From Salisapilia sapeloensis CBS 127946 (Eukaryota; Protista; Oomycota), in the NCBI GenBank assembly GCA_023334545.1, contig JAADVB010000075.1:8198-72197 (forward strand): a stretch of DNA of 64,000 bases, in the 5' to 3' direction. Of the stretch, positions 23,127-33,923 are shown in pieces. The stretch's first letter is position 1. Every line of letters starts with the position of its first letter. The notes beneath the pieces are model-generated. The model had not been told where the DNA came from. It ran no database searches and was given only the letters and a program-made list of their open reading frames with translations. The translations under genes were made by a program, and so were the position numbers.

Positions 23127-23190
23127 GTGCGTCTTGGCGCCTTTTTCGTATTCTCCTTCCCGCTCATGCTTTAAACACTTCCTCCTCCTC

Positions 23191-23224
23191 ATTGGCTATA
23201 ATTATATTTTCATCCAATCAAAAC
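23191..23224. promoter_or_regulatory. Two opposed CCAAT-box-like motifs in a 129-bp divergent promoter (KNL1-like / GH1)
   Basis: CTCATTGGCT (ATTGG at 23191-23195) and CCAATCAAAAC (23214-23224). Confidence 0.5.
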
Positions 23225-23255
23225 ACGCATTTCAGTAAACACGCCGAAATCGACT

Positions 23256-25027
23256 ATGGACGCTCGAGGACGTCTACTACAAGCGCTTCTAGGCTGTACC
23301 TTGGTGCTCGTGGCTCTAGCTTCGGATAAGAGATGCTTTCCAAAGGAATTCATGCTTGGAACGGCTACGGCTGCGTGGCAGGTCGAGGGAGGAGTCACAG
23401 CGTATGGTAAAAGCCAGAGTGTCTGGGATGCTTTCTGTCTAGAGCAGGACATGCAGTGTGCAGACGTCGCAGATGACTTTATTCACAGGTATAAGCAGGA
23501 CATCCGGCTCATGACTGAGATGGGTCTATCCTCCTTCCGCTTCTCCATCTCCTGGCCTCGCGTCATGACGTGGGACGCACACGAGGGCGAGATGGTGGCG
23601 AATCCCAAAGGCATCGCCTTCTACCACTCGCTTATTAACGCTCTCAAGAAGAACAATATCGAGCCAATCCTCACACTCTACCATTGGGATCTACCTCTCC
23701 AACTCGAGACTCAACTATCTCCTGGCGGATGGCTCAATCGAGACATGATCCGACACTTTGACACCTACGCAGCTCTTATCTTCCATCAATTCGGTCGTAA
23801 GGTAGACTTCTGGGTGACGTTTAATGAACCCCTAAGCTTTATCGGAGGCGGATATGCCAACGGAGGCTCTCCTCCGAACATCACGGGCTCGGACTCGTCA
23901 GCTTATCAAGCAGCGCACAACGTCCTCTTGGCACACGCAAAGGCTGTCGAGACCTTCCGACGCTTCCAGAGGAAGCACAAGGTCCACCAACACGCGCGCA
24001 TCTCCATGGTACTGAACCATGACTATGCCTATCCTTTGGATGCAGCAGACCCGATGGATGTGGCAGCAGCAGATCGTCGTCAAGTCTTCGGACTCGGATG
24101 GTTCCTCCACCCGATCGTACATGGAGACTACCCCCGCCTCATGCGCGATATCGTCGGCAGTCGACTACCGACGTTTTCCGAGGAAGAGCAAAAGATGCTG
24201 CAGGGATCCTACGACCTCCTGACGCTCAACCACTATTCGAGCTACTTGGTCACCGACTGCAGTAGCCACAAGTCCATCATCTCGTGTGACGATCTGAACG
24301 TTGGATGGAGTCGAGATATGGCGATCGACCAAAACCACATGCCGATGGGAGCAAGACGCTCGGCCATGCGTCCAGACGGCAGTTATATCATCCCTACGAG
24401 CTACTACTACCCTCCAGGCTACCTCGATACCATCCGATACGTCCATCAATACGATCCTTTGGCTCCGATACTCTTGACAGAGAATGGGTACTGTGGGAAC
24501 GAGACGATTGAAAATGAAGATCAGCTGTGGTACTTTCAACAGTACTTGACGCAAGTCCACAAGGCGCTGACGGAAGAACACATCCCCATCATAGGATACA
24601 CTGCCTGGAGCTTTTTAGATAATAACGTACCTTTCTCTCCTTCTTTATAGCTCTTTCATACTCACTTGTTCGTCTGTAGGAATGGGGATCGTACGACCCT
24701 CGCTTCGGACTCTTCTATGTCGACACGCCTGCGCAGAATGAAAGCCATGATCTGAGTAGAGTGCCTAGGACGGCAGCCAAGTGGTACTCGCAGGTCGCCA
24801 GGTCTAAGTGTCTAGAAGACTCCCACTCGAGAGCGCTGGCGATACCAAAGTCGCCCAGTCCGTCTGCCATCTACATGTCCACTGCGCTCATCTGTGGCAT
24901 CGGATCGATGCTTGTCGTGGCTTCTGTCGTCCTGGCGTCTTCGTGGAGACAGAGACATATTGCTTTCCGACGGAGTAGGCAGTCCGAGGCCACGCCCCTT
25001 CTCTCGGAGGAGCGTCAGTCAGACTAA
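23256..25027 (+). CDS. Glycoside hydrolase family 1 beta-glucosidase, secreted and membrane-anchored
   Basis: Signal peptide, FMLGTATAAWQVEG, FRFSISWPR, LYHWDLP, catalytic TFNEP and LTENG, WSFLDNN|EW across an intron at ~24628-24680, and a C-terminal TM helix. Confidence 0.93.
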
Positions 25028-26360
25028 GTAGGCGTTTGAACTTGGCATGACATTAAATGATTGGAATCTTCTCGTTGGTACAGACAAGTACTGCTGGTTG
25101 GTATTTTACCTAGTCTTATGTGGCAGGATCTTCGTCTGAAAGGTAGAAGGCTGTATGATGGCAAAATCGCTGGTAAAAGATGGCATGCTGTGAGCTACAG
25201 CCTTCACAAGTTCTTTTACTTCGAATCACTTTCAATTCGGAGTTTCAGCCAAAATGCTCAAATGTTCGTCGCTATGCTACTAGAGTTGGAATGAACAACA
25301 AAACCATGTCTTGGTGATATCTGTTATCACTGTCTTACATGGAAAAAGGCAATATGATATAGAATTAAGAAGTCCGTGTTCGTCGAGCGGATAATCGGGT
25401 TTTATGCAAGGAATGATTAGCATTGTGTCAACAAACACAGATGAAATATAATTGGAATGAAGGCCTACATCTTTGGTGTCGGCCTATTCTTACGTTGCTA
25501 TCCACCTTTCTATTCCTGTTTATGTAAATCTTCCGCTCTTCCGGCATGTATTGACGGGTAACAGTGTCGAGCGTATCATCGGAAGCCCTTCAGGTTGAAG
25601 TGTCATTCGATTTACTTGCAACATTGAGCTCTTCGCCATTTTATTAGGACATAGTACAGTGTGAGACATATATCGATCAATTATTCCGTCTAGCACTGTA
25701 CATTCCCTGTTCCGAAATAATAGCGAAGAGCTCACTAGCGCAAGTAAAGCGAAGAGCTCACCAAGCCTTTTGCGCGCTTTTTCAAATTTGCACACGTCGA
25801 GACCCAAGCATGCCTTGAAGTCTTCTCGAAGATGGTTTCCTCTTGGTTGCATCCAAGGCGATAACAGACATAAACCAGGAATATGAATTCGCATCTCCAT
25901 TGGCAGTACAGAACACTCACTTATGCATTCGATATAGTGGGAGAAAGATCTATTGAAGTTTTGTGTTAGGTTTCCATAGCATGTAGCTACTCTGAATCGC
26001 CAATTCTCAGCGAACACATAGCTATCCGATTCGATTGTCAAGAATAGAACTACATAAGGCGAATCGCCAATCATGCTGAGTCGGATGCGGGGTTTGAAGC
26101 GCTTTGAAAGAAGTAGGCAAAGCTTGGACCGTGTTGGCGCTGAATGCCAATCTCGACATCAAAAACGATGAACCTTTTGATCAGACACACCCCACTTTCG
26201 CATCCGATACCTCTATCCCTCTCCAGCGTACTCGAGTCTGACAACGACCACATCAACTACATGTCCAAGACATATGCAACAACTTCCAACTAGTTTAAAT
26301 CCTCCATAAAATACCACCTCCTCGAAACTCGTGCAATACCAAGTACTCGCCTACTTAGTC

Positions 26361-28679
26361 ATGGATCGAAAGCGTCGACGTAGCTCATCGCCAGAGCCCA
26401 AGTTCTCCAGCAAGGAAGAAGAGGAGGAAGCAAAGCGTGTGGCAGAGATTGCTCGCAAAGCAGAGGAACGAGCTGCCAAGAGACAGCAGACGCAAAAGCC
26501 TCGTGCGAATGGCGATCCCTCCTCTAGCTCCACGGGCGTCACCTTTCGCTCCAAGGAACAGCGAAAGAAGGATGCAATGGAGCGTCTGCGTCAGCGTCAG
26601 GAAGAAGCCGATCGCCGTCGTCGAGAGGCCGAGGAGAGTCGTCGCAAGTTCCTCGAATCTACGTCCTCTCACCCCAGTCGCCGTGATCGGTCTTCCGACC
26701 GTCACTCAACCACCAAGAAGCCTTCCAGCACACGAGACGAAGCTTCTTCTGCATCCAATCGAGATGAAAAGGAAGAAGAGGCTTTGCAGCAGCTAAAGGA
26801 CCAGTACTTGGGTAAGAAGGTGCAGAAGAAGAAGGTCGTGAAAGCGAGTGAAAAGTTCTCCAAAGTCTTTCAATTCGATTGGGATGCAAGTGAAGACACA
26901 TCCTCCGACCTGAATCCACTATATAACCAACGTCTAGACGTCAACCTGCTCTTCGGTCGAGGCTATCGTGCCGGCGTCGACTTGCGAGAGCAGCGGAAGA
27001 AGAACAACTTTTTAACAGAGCTCAGTCGAAAGCGACAGACGGAAGAGCAGCTAGAAGATGAACGTAACCAGAGTCTCTCGAAAGATGAGGTCGCTGCTCG
27101 GAGGAGAGAGCGAGAGAAGGCGCTGGAGAGCATGCAGGCGAGGGAACAGGAGACGATGGAGGCGATGGAGACCAAGGAAGCGCAGGCCTATGGCTCCCAC
27201 TGGTCCGACAAGACGCTCGACCAGATGAAAGAGCGCGACTGGCGCATCTTCCGAGAAGACTACGACATCACCATCAAGGGAGGCAAGGCGCCGCATCCGC
27301 TGCGCAACTGGAAGGAAGCGTCGAGCCTCCCGACTGCAGTCTTCCAAGCCATCGAAGCACTCGGCTTTGAGAAGCCATCGCCCATCCAGATGCAGGCAAT
27401 CCCCATCGGCCTCGAGCGTCGAGATATCATCGGTATCGCCGAAACCGGGTCTGGTAAGACGCTGGCGTTCATGGTGCCGATCATCGCCTACCTCTACGGC
27501 CTCCCTCCGACCATGATCAGTCGGACGGGGGAGCAAGGTCCCTTGGCGCTCGTGATGGCTCCCACGAGAGAGCTCGCTCTCCAGATCGAGCAGGAAGCTC
27601 TCAAGCTCACAAAGTTCACGACCGTCGGTCCGAAGCAGCAGGAGCATGCCGTCAAGACGGTGGCGGTCGTGGGTGGACAGAGCATCGAGGACCAGGCGTT
27701 CAAGCTCCGACAGGGCATTGACGTTGTGATCGGAACGCCGGGGCGACTGATGGATGCGCTGGACAACCACTACCTCGTCTTGAATCAATGCAACTACGTG
27801 GTGCTAGATGAAGCCGATCGGATGATCGACATGGGCTTCGAGCCGCAGGTGGAGCGCGTCTTGGATGCCATGGGCTCTCTCCTCAAGTCGGAAGCAGAGG
27901 ACGAAATGGAGAGACAGATCTCTCTCGCAGCTCGAGGCCAGGACACGAGGTACCGCGTGACAGCCATGTTCAGTGCGACGATGCCGCCAGAGGTCGAGCG
28001 TCTCGCGAAGAACTACCTGCGTCTCCCAGCCATCGTCAAGATCGGAGACGAGGACTCTGGTAAGAACAAGCGCATCAACCAGCGCGTTCTATTCATGAAC
28101 CCAGGCAAGAAGCGTGACCGACTCATCGAAGTGCTCGGTCAAGTTCTCAAGCACAAGCCTCGGTCGAGAAAGGAGAAGGCGACGGATAGTGAAAAGGTCA
28201 TCGTCTTCGTCAACGTCAAGAAGGAGTGTGACTCGATCTCGAAACTCGTGTCGTCCTCGGGGTTCCGAGCGACTACGCTGCATGGAGGCAAGTCACAGGA
28301 CCAGCGAGAGGAGAGTCTCAAGGACTTTCGACAAGGTTTCTGCGACGTCCTCGTCGCGACGGATGTTGCTGGTCGTGGTCTAGACATCCCAGACGTCACG
28401 CACGTCGTCAACTACGACCTGCCGTCCAAGATTGAGAACTACAGCCATCGCATCGGACGTACAGGACGTGCCGGGAAGGAAGGAGAAGCCATCTCGTTCC
28501 TGACAGATGACGACGAAGAGATCATGTACGACTTGAAGCAGTACCTGACCTCGACCGACATGCCTGTGCCGACAGAACTGCAGAGCCACCCGTCTGCCAA
28601 GGCTGCGCCAGGAGCTCGAGACGACCGAGGGCACGTGATCGCCAAGAGCAAGCGCGATACGGTCATCTTTAGCAAATAA
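26361..28679 (+). CDS. PRP28: U5 snRNP DEAD-box RNA helicase PRP28/DDX23
   Basis: MKERDWRIFREDYDI, AETGSGKT, APTRELA, VLDEADRMID, SAT, HRIGRTGRAG and ELQSHPSAK. Intronless. Confidence 0.96.
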   Translation: MDRKRRRSSSPEPKFSSKEEEEEAKRVAEIARKAEERAAKRQQTQKPRANGDPSSSSTGVTFRSKEQRKKDAMERLRQRQEEADRRRREAEESRRKFLESTSSHPSRRDRSSDRHSTTKKPSSTRDEASSASNRDEKEEEALQQLKDQYLGKKVQKKKVVKASEKFSKVFQFDWDASEDTSSDLNPLYNQRLDVNLLFGRGYRAGVDLREQRKKNNFLTELSRKRQTEEQLEDERNQSLSKDEVAARRREREKALESMQAREQETMEAMETKEAQAYGSHWSDKTLDQMKERDWRIFREDYDITIKGGKAPHPLRNWKEASSLPTAVFQAIEALGFEKPSPIQMQAIPIGLERRDIIGIAETGSGKTLAFMVPIIAYLYGLPPTMISRTGEQGPLALVMAPTRELALQIEQEALKLTKFTTVGPKQQEHAVKTVAVVGGQSIEDQAFKLRQGIDVVIGTPGRLMDALDNHYLVLNQCNYVVLDEADRMIDMGFEPQVERVLDAMGSLLKSEAEDEMERQISLAARGQDTRYRVTAMFSATMPPEVERLAKNYLRLPAIVKIGDEDSGKNKRINQRVLFMNPGKKRDRLIEVLGQVLKHKPRSRKEKATDSEKVIVFVNVKKECDSISKLVSSSGFRATTLHGGKSQDQREESLKDFRQGFCDVLVATDVAGRGLDIPDVTHVVNYDLPSKIENYSHRIGRTGRAGKEGEAISFLTDDDEEIMYDLKQYLTSTDMPVPTELQSHPSAKAAPGARDDRGHVIAKSKRDTVIFSK

Positions 28680-28722
28680 AATTCAAAAAGGACACCCCGA
28701 CTCGTATTTATCTCGTTACGCT

Positions 28723-29900
28723 TTAGCTGATTTCTATCGACACGCCCAAGTGGTGCGAGTCGCTGTCGTAGTGACGTATGTCCATCTGAGCCTGCACACG
28801 CGTACGCAGGTGGCTCGATGTCTGCCACTCGTACGCGCCGATCCAGTATCCATCGGATCCCAAAGAAGTTGATAAGCGTTCTCGATCCGTCACGTCGTAC
28901 TGGACCTTGGCACGAAGCGTCTGCGTCTCTTTTCGTCTGTCCATGACCAGCTGAGAGCCTACCAAGAGCTCTGGGCGCAAGCACTGCGTCACGTCCAGCT
29001 GCACTAGCTTCATCTTGTCATTCCTAACGAACCATTAGTCTATGTCGTTAGGTAGAGGAGGATGGAGCATACACTTGGAACAGGGCGAGAACATCTTCGT
29101 GGACGACGCTCGCAGCCATATCCAGCACCGTCACCCGTCCCAAGCGATCGCTATGGTCCAAACCTACGTCATATGCAGCAATGGCACCGACAGACACAGC
29201 CTACGCTCACGTCAGTACTCTTACATGAACAATAAAATCGGTATGCTTACGCCGAGGTGGACGCCAGCAGTAGCTTCGAGCGTCGGACCGTTGACTGCGT
29301 CCATCTTGACACCGACGAATCCGTTCTCGTCGCTATAGTCGCATCCGAGACGAGCGTAGGAAGCAGAGGACATGGTCGCAGAAGCGTTTTCTCGAGCTTC
29401 CAACGTCACGCGCGTCGTGTCCGTCGCACGCAGTCGAGCCTGGAGCTCCATCGCACGATCCGAGTTCAGGCGTATGTGGGACTTGACAATATCGTTGATC
29501 TGGGGCGAGTAGTGCAACGCAGACTGGACGTTCCGCTTCGCGACGGTGCGTAGGAATGGAGAGACGACGGTCGTGCGCAGACCGATGCGAGCTCCATTGC
29601 CCGTGATCGTCGATAGGCCGACAAAGTGCTCCGACTTGCCTGTGGGCGTCAATGGCTCCTGCAGCCACGTCCGGTGGTCTATGAACTCTCGATAGCGACA
29701 CCAGCCAGACATCGCCCTGAGCTCCTCTTACGTCGACTTGCTGATCTCGACTCGAGGTCGCACGTACCGGCTGACGCGTTCGGTTGTTGCGATTGTAAGC
29801 AACAGCGTTCGAAACACAGTCCGGAGGCTCTGGAAACCGGAGGGAAATGGACTTCTTTCTATATGTCTATAGGCTGTCTAGATGGTTCTGGCATGTCCTA
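28723..29900 (-). CDS. Porin-3 superfamily (Tom40/VDAC/Mdm10-like) mitochondrial outer-membrane beta-barrel; 5' end uncertain
   Basis: Amphipathic beta-strand pattern in ORFs 29221-29712 and 28723-29013. The C-terminal HHLGVSIEIS* fits the mitochondrial beta-signal. Confidence 0.5.
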
Positions 29901-30563
29901 GAACTTGTACTTGTTGGAGGATGTAGAGAGATGCAAATGTAGATAGTTGGCATGTACGAAGGGAGATGATGTTGTATGCAAGGTAGTCAACTGAAAAGTG
30001 TATCCTGTGGTCGATCGAATGGAAGGTGGACGGGAGTACAGTTACTCGAGCCTCACTCCATGTCGTTTCATGCATATAGCAAGTGTGTAATACGAAAGAG
30101 CAGTAGGATAGAGACTTCCAAGTGACTGTCTCTCCGTTCTGGATCAGAGTCCAGTAGCGACGTCGTAAGCACATCCACAGAGGTTCGAATTGTAAATGCT
30201 GGCTATTATAATCCTCACAAACGCCAGAGGAGCATTTATTCTACTACTTCCGTATCCTACCAACACCCGTTCGCATCCACATTACATTCTTAATCCAATC
30301 AACGCCAGATTACCAGTAGTACATCACCACGAACTACAAGCCAAGTCCAGTCGAGACCTCATGCACATGGAAACCTACCTCTCCCATCTCACTACACAGG
30401 AATCTATCCTACCATCCCCACTAGCAGCAATACAAGACAAGCAGCATACAGATCTTCCGACTAGGTCGCCGACATACAGCATAAACAGGTCTCAAATGCC
30501 TTTGAAGATCTGACGCATCACGTACCCTCTATCAAGCATAATCAAATCTTCCGGCCCATCAAG

Positions 30564-31676
30564 ATGACCAGTACGCCCATCACACTCTTCGTAGGCACCT
30601 ACACGCGCAATGAAGGCTTCGTGGACGGGCAAGGCAAGGGTATCTACTCAATTACGCTGGATCCAGCCACTGGACAGCTATCGCCTCTCTCTTTGACCGA
30701 CAACATCGGCACGAACCCGTCCTTCATCACCGCCACCGCCACACACCTCTACGCAGTGAACGAGTGCGATGACCCTGCCTCGACTTCCAAGAACACCGAC
30801 AAGACTGGTTTCGCTGTCGCCTTCAAGATCCAGTCGGACGGAACGCTACAGGAGCTCAACCGACAGGAGACGGGAGGCGTCGCGCCAGCGCACATCGCTC
30901 TCAGCCCAGACCAAAAGTTCGTCTCCGTCGCCAATTACATGGGCGGAAGTGTCGCTCTCTTCCCGGTGCTAGAAGACGGGTCTCTCGGTCCCATGGCAGA
31001 CCTCCAGCAGTTCTCTGGTGGATGCGGCGTCAACGCCGAGCGGCAGGAAGCTCCCCACATGCACAGCACGACCTGGGCTCCAGAATCCAACGCGCTCTTC
31101 GCCGCTGACCTTGGTAACGACCGTGTCATGCAGTTCCAATTGGATGCTGCGGCCAAAAAGCTGAGTAAGAACGCTACGACGGAGGCTGCCAACCGCCCGG
31201 CAGGATCCGGACCGAGACACATGGCTGTCCATGCCTCCATCCCTGCTGTCTACATTCTGGATGAGCTTTCCAGCACCGTCGGCGTCCACTCGTACTCTCA
31301 TGGCACTGGATCCATGTCGTCGGATGCTCTTCAGACGCTGTCGACGCTGCCGTCGGACTTTCAGGGCTCGGCGCTTGCGGCCGACATCCACATCTCGACC
31401 TGCGGCAAGTTCCTGTACACGTCCAATCGGTTCCACGACAGCATCGCGTGCTTCAAGATCCAGAGCACAGGAGAGCTGGAGCTCATGGACATCGAGTCGA
31501 CGCGTGGGAAAACGCCTCGGAACTTTTTGATCTACCAGAACCTGATGCTCGTCGCGAACCAAGACTCGAGCGATATCCAGGTCTTCCGCATCGATTCCGA
31601 CACAGGAAAGCTGACGTTCACCGGCCATTCGCTCCAGACCCCGACGCCAGTGTGCATCGTCCCGATCCAGCAGTAG
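30564..31676 (+). CDS. 6-phosphogluconolactonase-type 7-bladed beta-propeller lactonase (Pgl/YbhE, muconate cyclase family)
   Basis: LFVGTYT, VANYMGGSV, ERQEAPHMH, ADLGNDRV, PAGSGPRHM, AADIHIS..GKFLYTSNR, GKTPRNF and VANQDS. Intronless. Confidence 0.92.
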   Translation: MTSTPITLFVGTYTRNEGFVDGQGKGIYSITLDPATGQLSPLSLTDNIGTNPSFITATATHLYAVNECDDPASTSKNTDKTGFAVAFKIQSDGTLQELNRQETGGVAPAHIALSPDQKFVSVANYMGGSVALFPVLEDGSLGPMADLQQFSGGCGVNAERQEAPHMHSTTWAPESNALFAADLGNDRVMQFQLDAAAKKLSKNATTEAANRPAGSGPRHMAVHASIPAVYILDELSSTVGVHSYSHGTGSMSSDALQTLSTLPSDFQGSALAADIHISTCGKFLYTSNRFHDSIACFKIQSTGELELMDIESTRGKTPRNFLIYQNLMLVANQDSSDIQVFRIDSDTGKLTFTGHSLQTPTPVCIVPIQQ

Positions 31677-31821
31677 CGTCTTCCTTTCCTTTTCTCCTAG
31701 TTTCGCATGAAATTCCGTAGCTAGCTCATGAAAATGCATTCGCATGGTTTCATATCCGATGTGTCTTTGTTCTATTCATAGTCTCTCGGTCTGCTAGCGC
31801 GCTAGAGTACTTGATAGAGTG

Positions 31822-33117
31822 ATGGGTACGGAGGTGTGGTCGCTGGAGACGAATGAAGACAAGTTGAATGCTTTGGGAGACACGAAGTCTCTCCTCGGAG
31901 CCTACATTCCGTCCGGTACCTTCCATAAAGATGTAGAGGAGTTTTGCAAGGCAGCAGACATCACTCCACATCCGCAGCTACTCTTGTCCAGACAGGAACG
32001 AGGTAGAGGTGATACAGAAGACGTTCCAGGAGATGAAGATGGATGTCCAGATGAGATTCAAGTGCGAAACTGGCGCATGGACGCTGGAAACGTATCTGCA
32101 CTGTGCTTTGGACTGAAGCATTGTCCTGCCATCCGATCTATCCGGTTGGTCTGTCACTAGCCAAGACCATTCACATACTAGAGCATTGACCTCTCTGCCT
32201 TGTAGGATGTTTAACGCTCAACTTACTATGGACCAACTGACGCAGTTGGTCCAAGTGGTGACCCAGACCAAGGTCCAGGAGCTGTTCGTAGACTGGAACG
32301 GTATGCAGAGTACGGACGCAGATAAAGAGAATGGTAGCTCGCCTGAAAATCATGTCGGCGCACTGTTCGAGCAGTGCTTGACGAGCGCACCTCACCTGCG
32401 CTTGCTTTCACTCCGAGGAAATGGCATCGACTCCACTGGGGCACTCGCCATTGCACGAGCATTGAGGTCTGGAAACTGTCATCTGGAGGCTTTGAACCTC
32501 TTCCAGAACGACATGGACGATGTTGGAGCAAAGGCATTCGCACAGTCACTCCCGTTCTCGCCAAATATCCGATTCCTGTCGCTCGCAAACAACCGTGTGT
32601 CCGACGTCGGGTACTTAACTGCCAACTACCATGTACATATCTCTCGATCTAAAGTGTCTGATGTAGACTTCACGCTCTAGTTGGAGGGATCACGAGGCAG
32701 GAAGCAACGCCCGTGATCCTGCAAGAGTTTCAGAATGCAGAGCCTCGCATACAGGCAGAAGTACGCAGGCAGCTTTTTCATACAGATCATGAGCAAATAC
32801 TAATAGTTGAACGTTTTGGGTAGCTGGACCAGGCCAAAAAGGCAAAGAAGAAGATTGATCGAGCAACGGCGATGAAGAACATTGGCTTGCCAGATATGGA
32901 AGTGGTCGAAGAGCAGCAGTACGTCAGTGGAAATGAATCGCTCCAGCACTTGGTCTTGAGCGGAAACTCTTGTATCACGCCACAAGCCATCCACGAGGCA
33001 AGTGCTACGTTGGACGCGTATCGACCGAAACTGGACGCCCACCTCTGTCAGATCAAACTCGAGCGCTTGGATATACAAAAGGAGAACGAATCATTTTCCA
33101 CGTTTCTCACATTCTAA
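31822..33117 (+). CDS. RNI-like leucine-rich-repeat protein (LRRC71-like, probably ciliary), multi-exon
   Basis: LRLLSLRGNGIDSTGALAIARAL, LEALNLFQNDMDDVGAKAFAQSL, IRFLSLANNRVSDVG and LQHLVLSGN. Confidence 0.7.
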
Positions 33118-33141
33118 ATGAATTGAATGACGACGCTGTCT

Positions 33142-33852
33142 CTACTCTCTTCCTTCCTTTCGTACAGGCTGGTAGTTGCGTTGGAGCTGCTGGAGGATCT
33201 TCATCAGTGGTGAGAAAACGTACCAAGAGACTAGCACTAGCAGAACGACGATCCACACGATAAGAGGGACAGTCGAGATGGGAAACGCACCAAGAATCAT
33301 TCGCTCGACTGCAATGTCAAAGGTGCAAATGCGGCCTCTAGTCCTATCTTTTCTAGCCGAGGGGGGCTCGACACCTCGAGGCTGGACATCTACCGAGAAC
33401 TCTACTTGTAGATAGACACCTTGACTAGTATTCAATCCAGCATTCTCTATCTCTTGCTGCAACCCAAGACGGAATGTGCTTTCGCCATCACTCGTCCCGT
33501 TCCTGAGCTCTACCCACTCTTGCGGATGCAGTCGCAGCTTGGTCGTGTCCAGTCGTCGTAGCTCATCCTTCCCACCTTTATTTCGGAGCTGCTGTCGAGA
33601 CGCAATGCGTACGTCTTCGACGCGTATCTCAAATGCAGCAGGGTTAGACGCTGGATGAGAGATCTTGACATCGTACAGACTAGACGTGTGCAGGTCATCC
33701 ACGACAAACCTGTGGAGCGAACCGCACGGCACGTGGTTATTCAACAAGGGCGTTTCTAGCTGGAGGTAGGTTGCATTCTCCTGGAGACTCTGAGCAGTTA
33801 CTAGAGCCAAGGTCGTCCAGCAGACCAAGGTCGCTTGGTACATGCGTGTCAT
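33142..33852 (-). CDS. Single-pass ER-type membrane protein (Pga1-like / plant-type uncharacterised family)
   Basis: Signal peptide, YDVKISHPASNPAAFEI, RRLDTTKL, FDIAVERMILG and a C-terminal TM helix. Family call is by recall only. Confidence 0.5.
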   Translation of the reverse strand: MTRMYQATLVCWTTLALVTAQSLQENATYLQLETPLLNNHVPCGSLHRFVVDDLHTSSLYDVKISHPASNPAAFEIRVEDVRIASRQQLRNKGGKDELRRLDTTKLRLHPQEWVELRNGTSDGESTFRLGLQQEIENAGLNTSQGVYLQVEFSVDVQPRGVEPPSARKDRTRGRICTFDIAVERMILGAFPISTVPLIVWIVVLLVLVSWYVFSPLMKILQQLQRNYQPVRKEGRE

Positions 33853-33923
33853 GCTGTTCCTGTGCATCCGTCCTGCTAAGTACGAGTGTAGCCATTAGGG
33901 AGGAGATAGGTACACGCGTGGTC

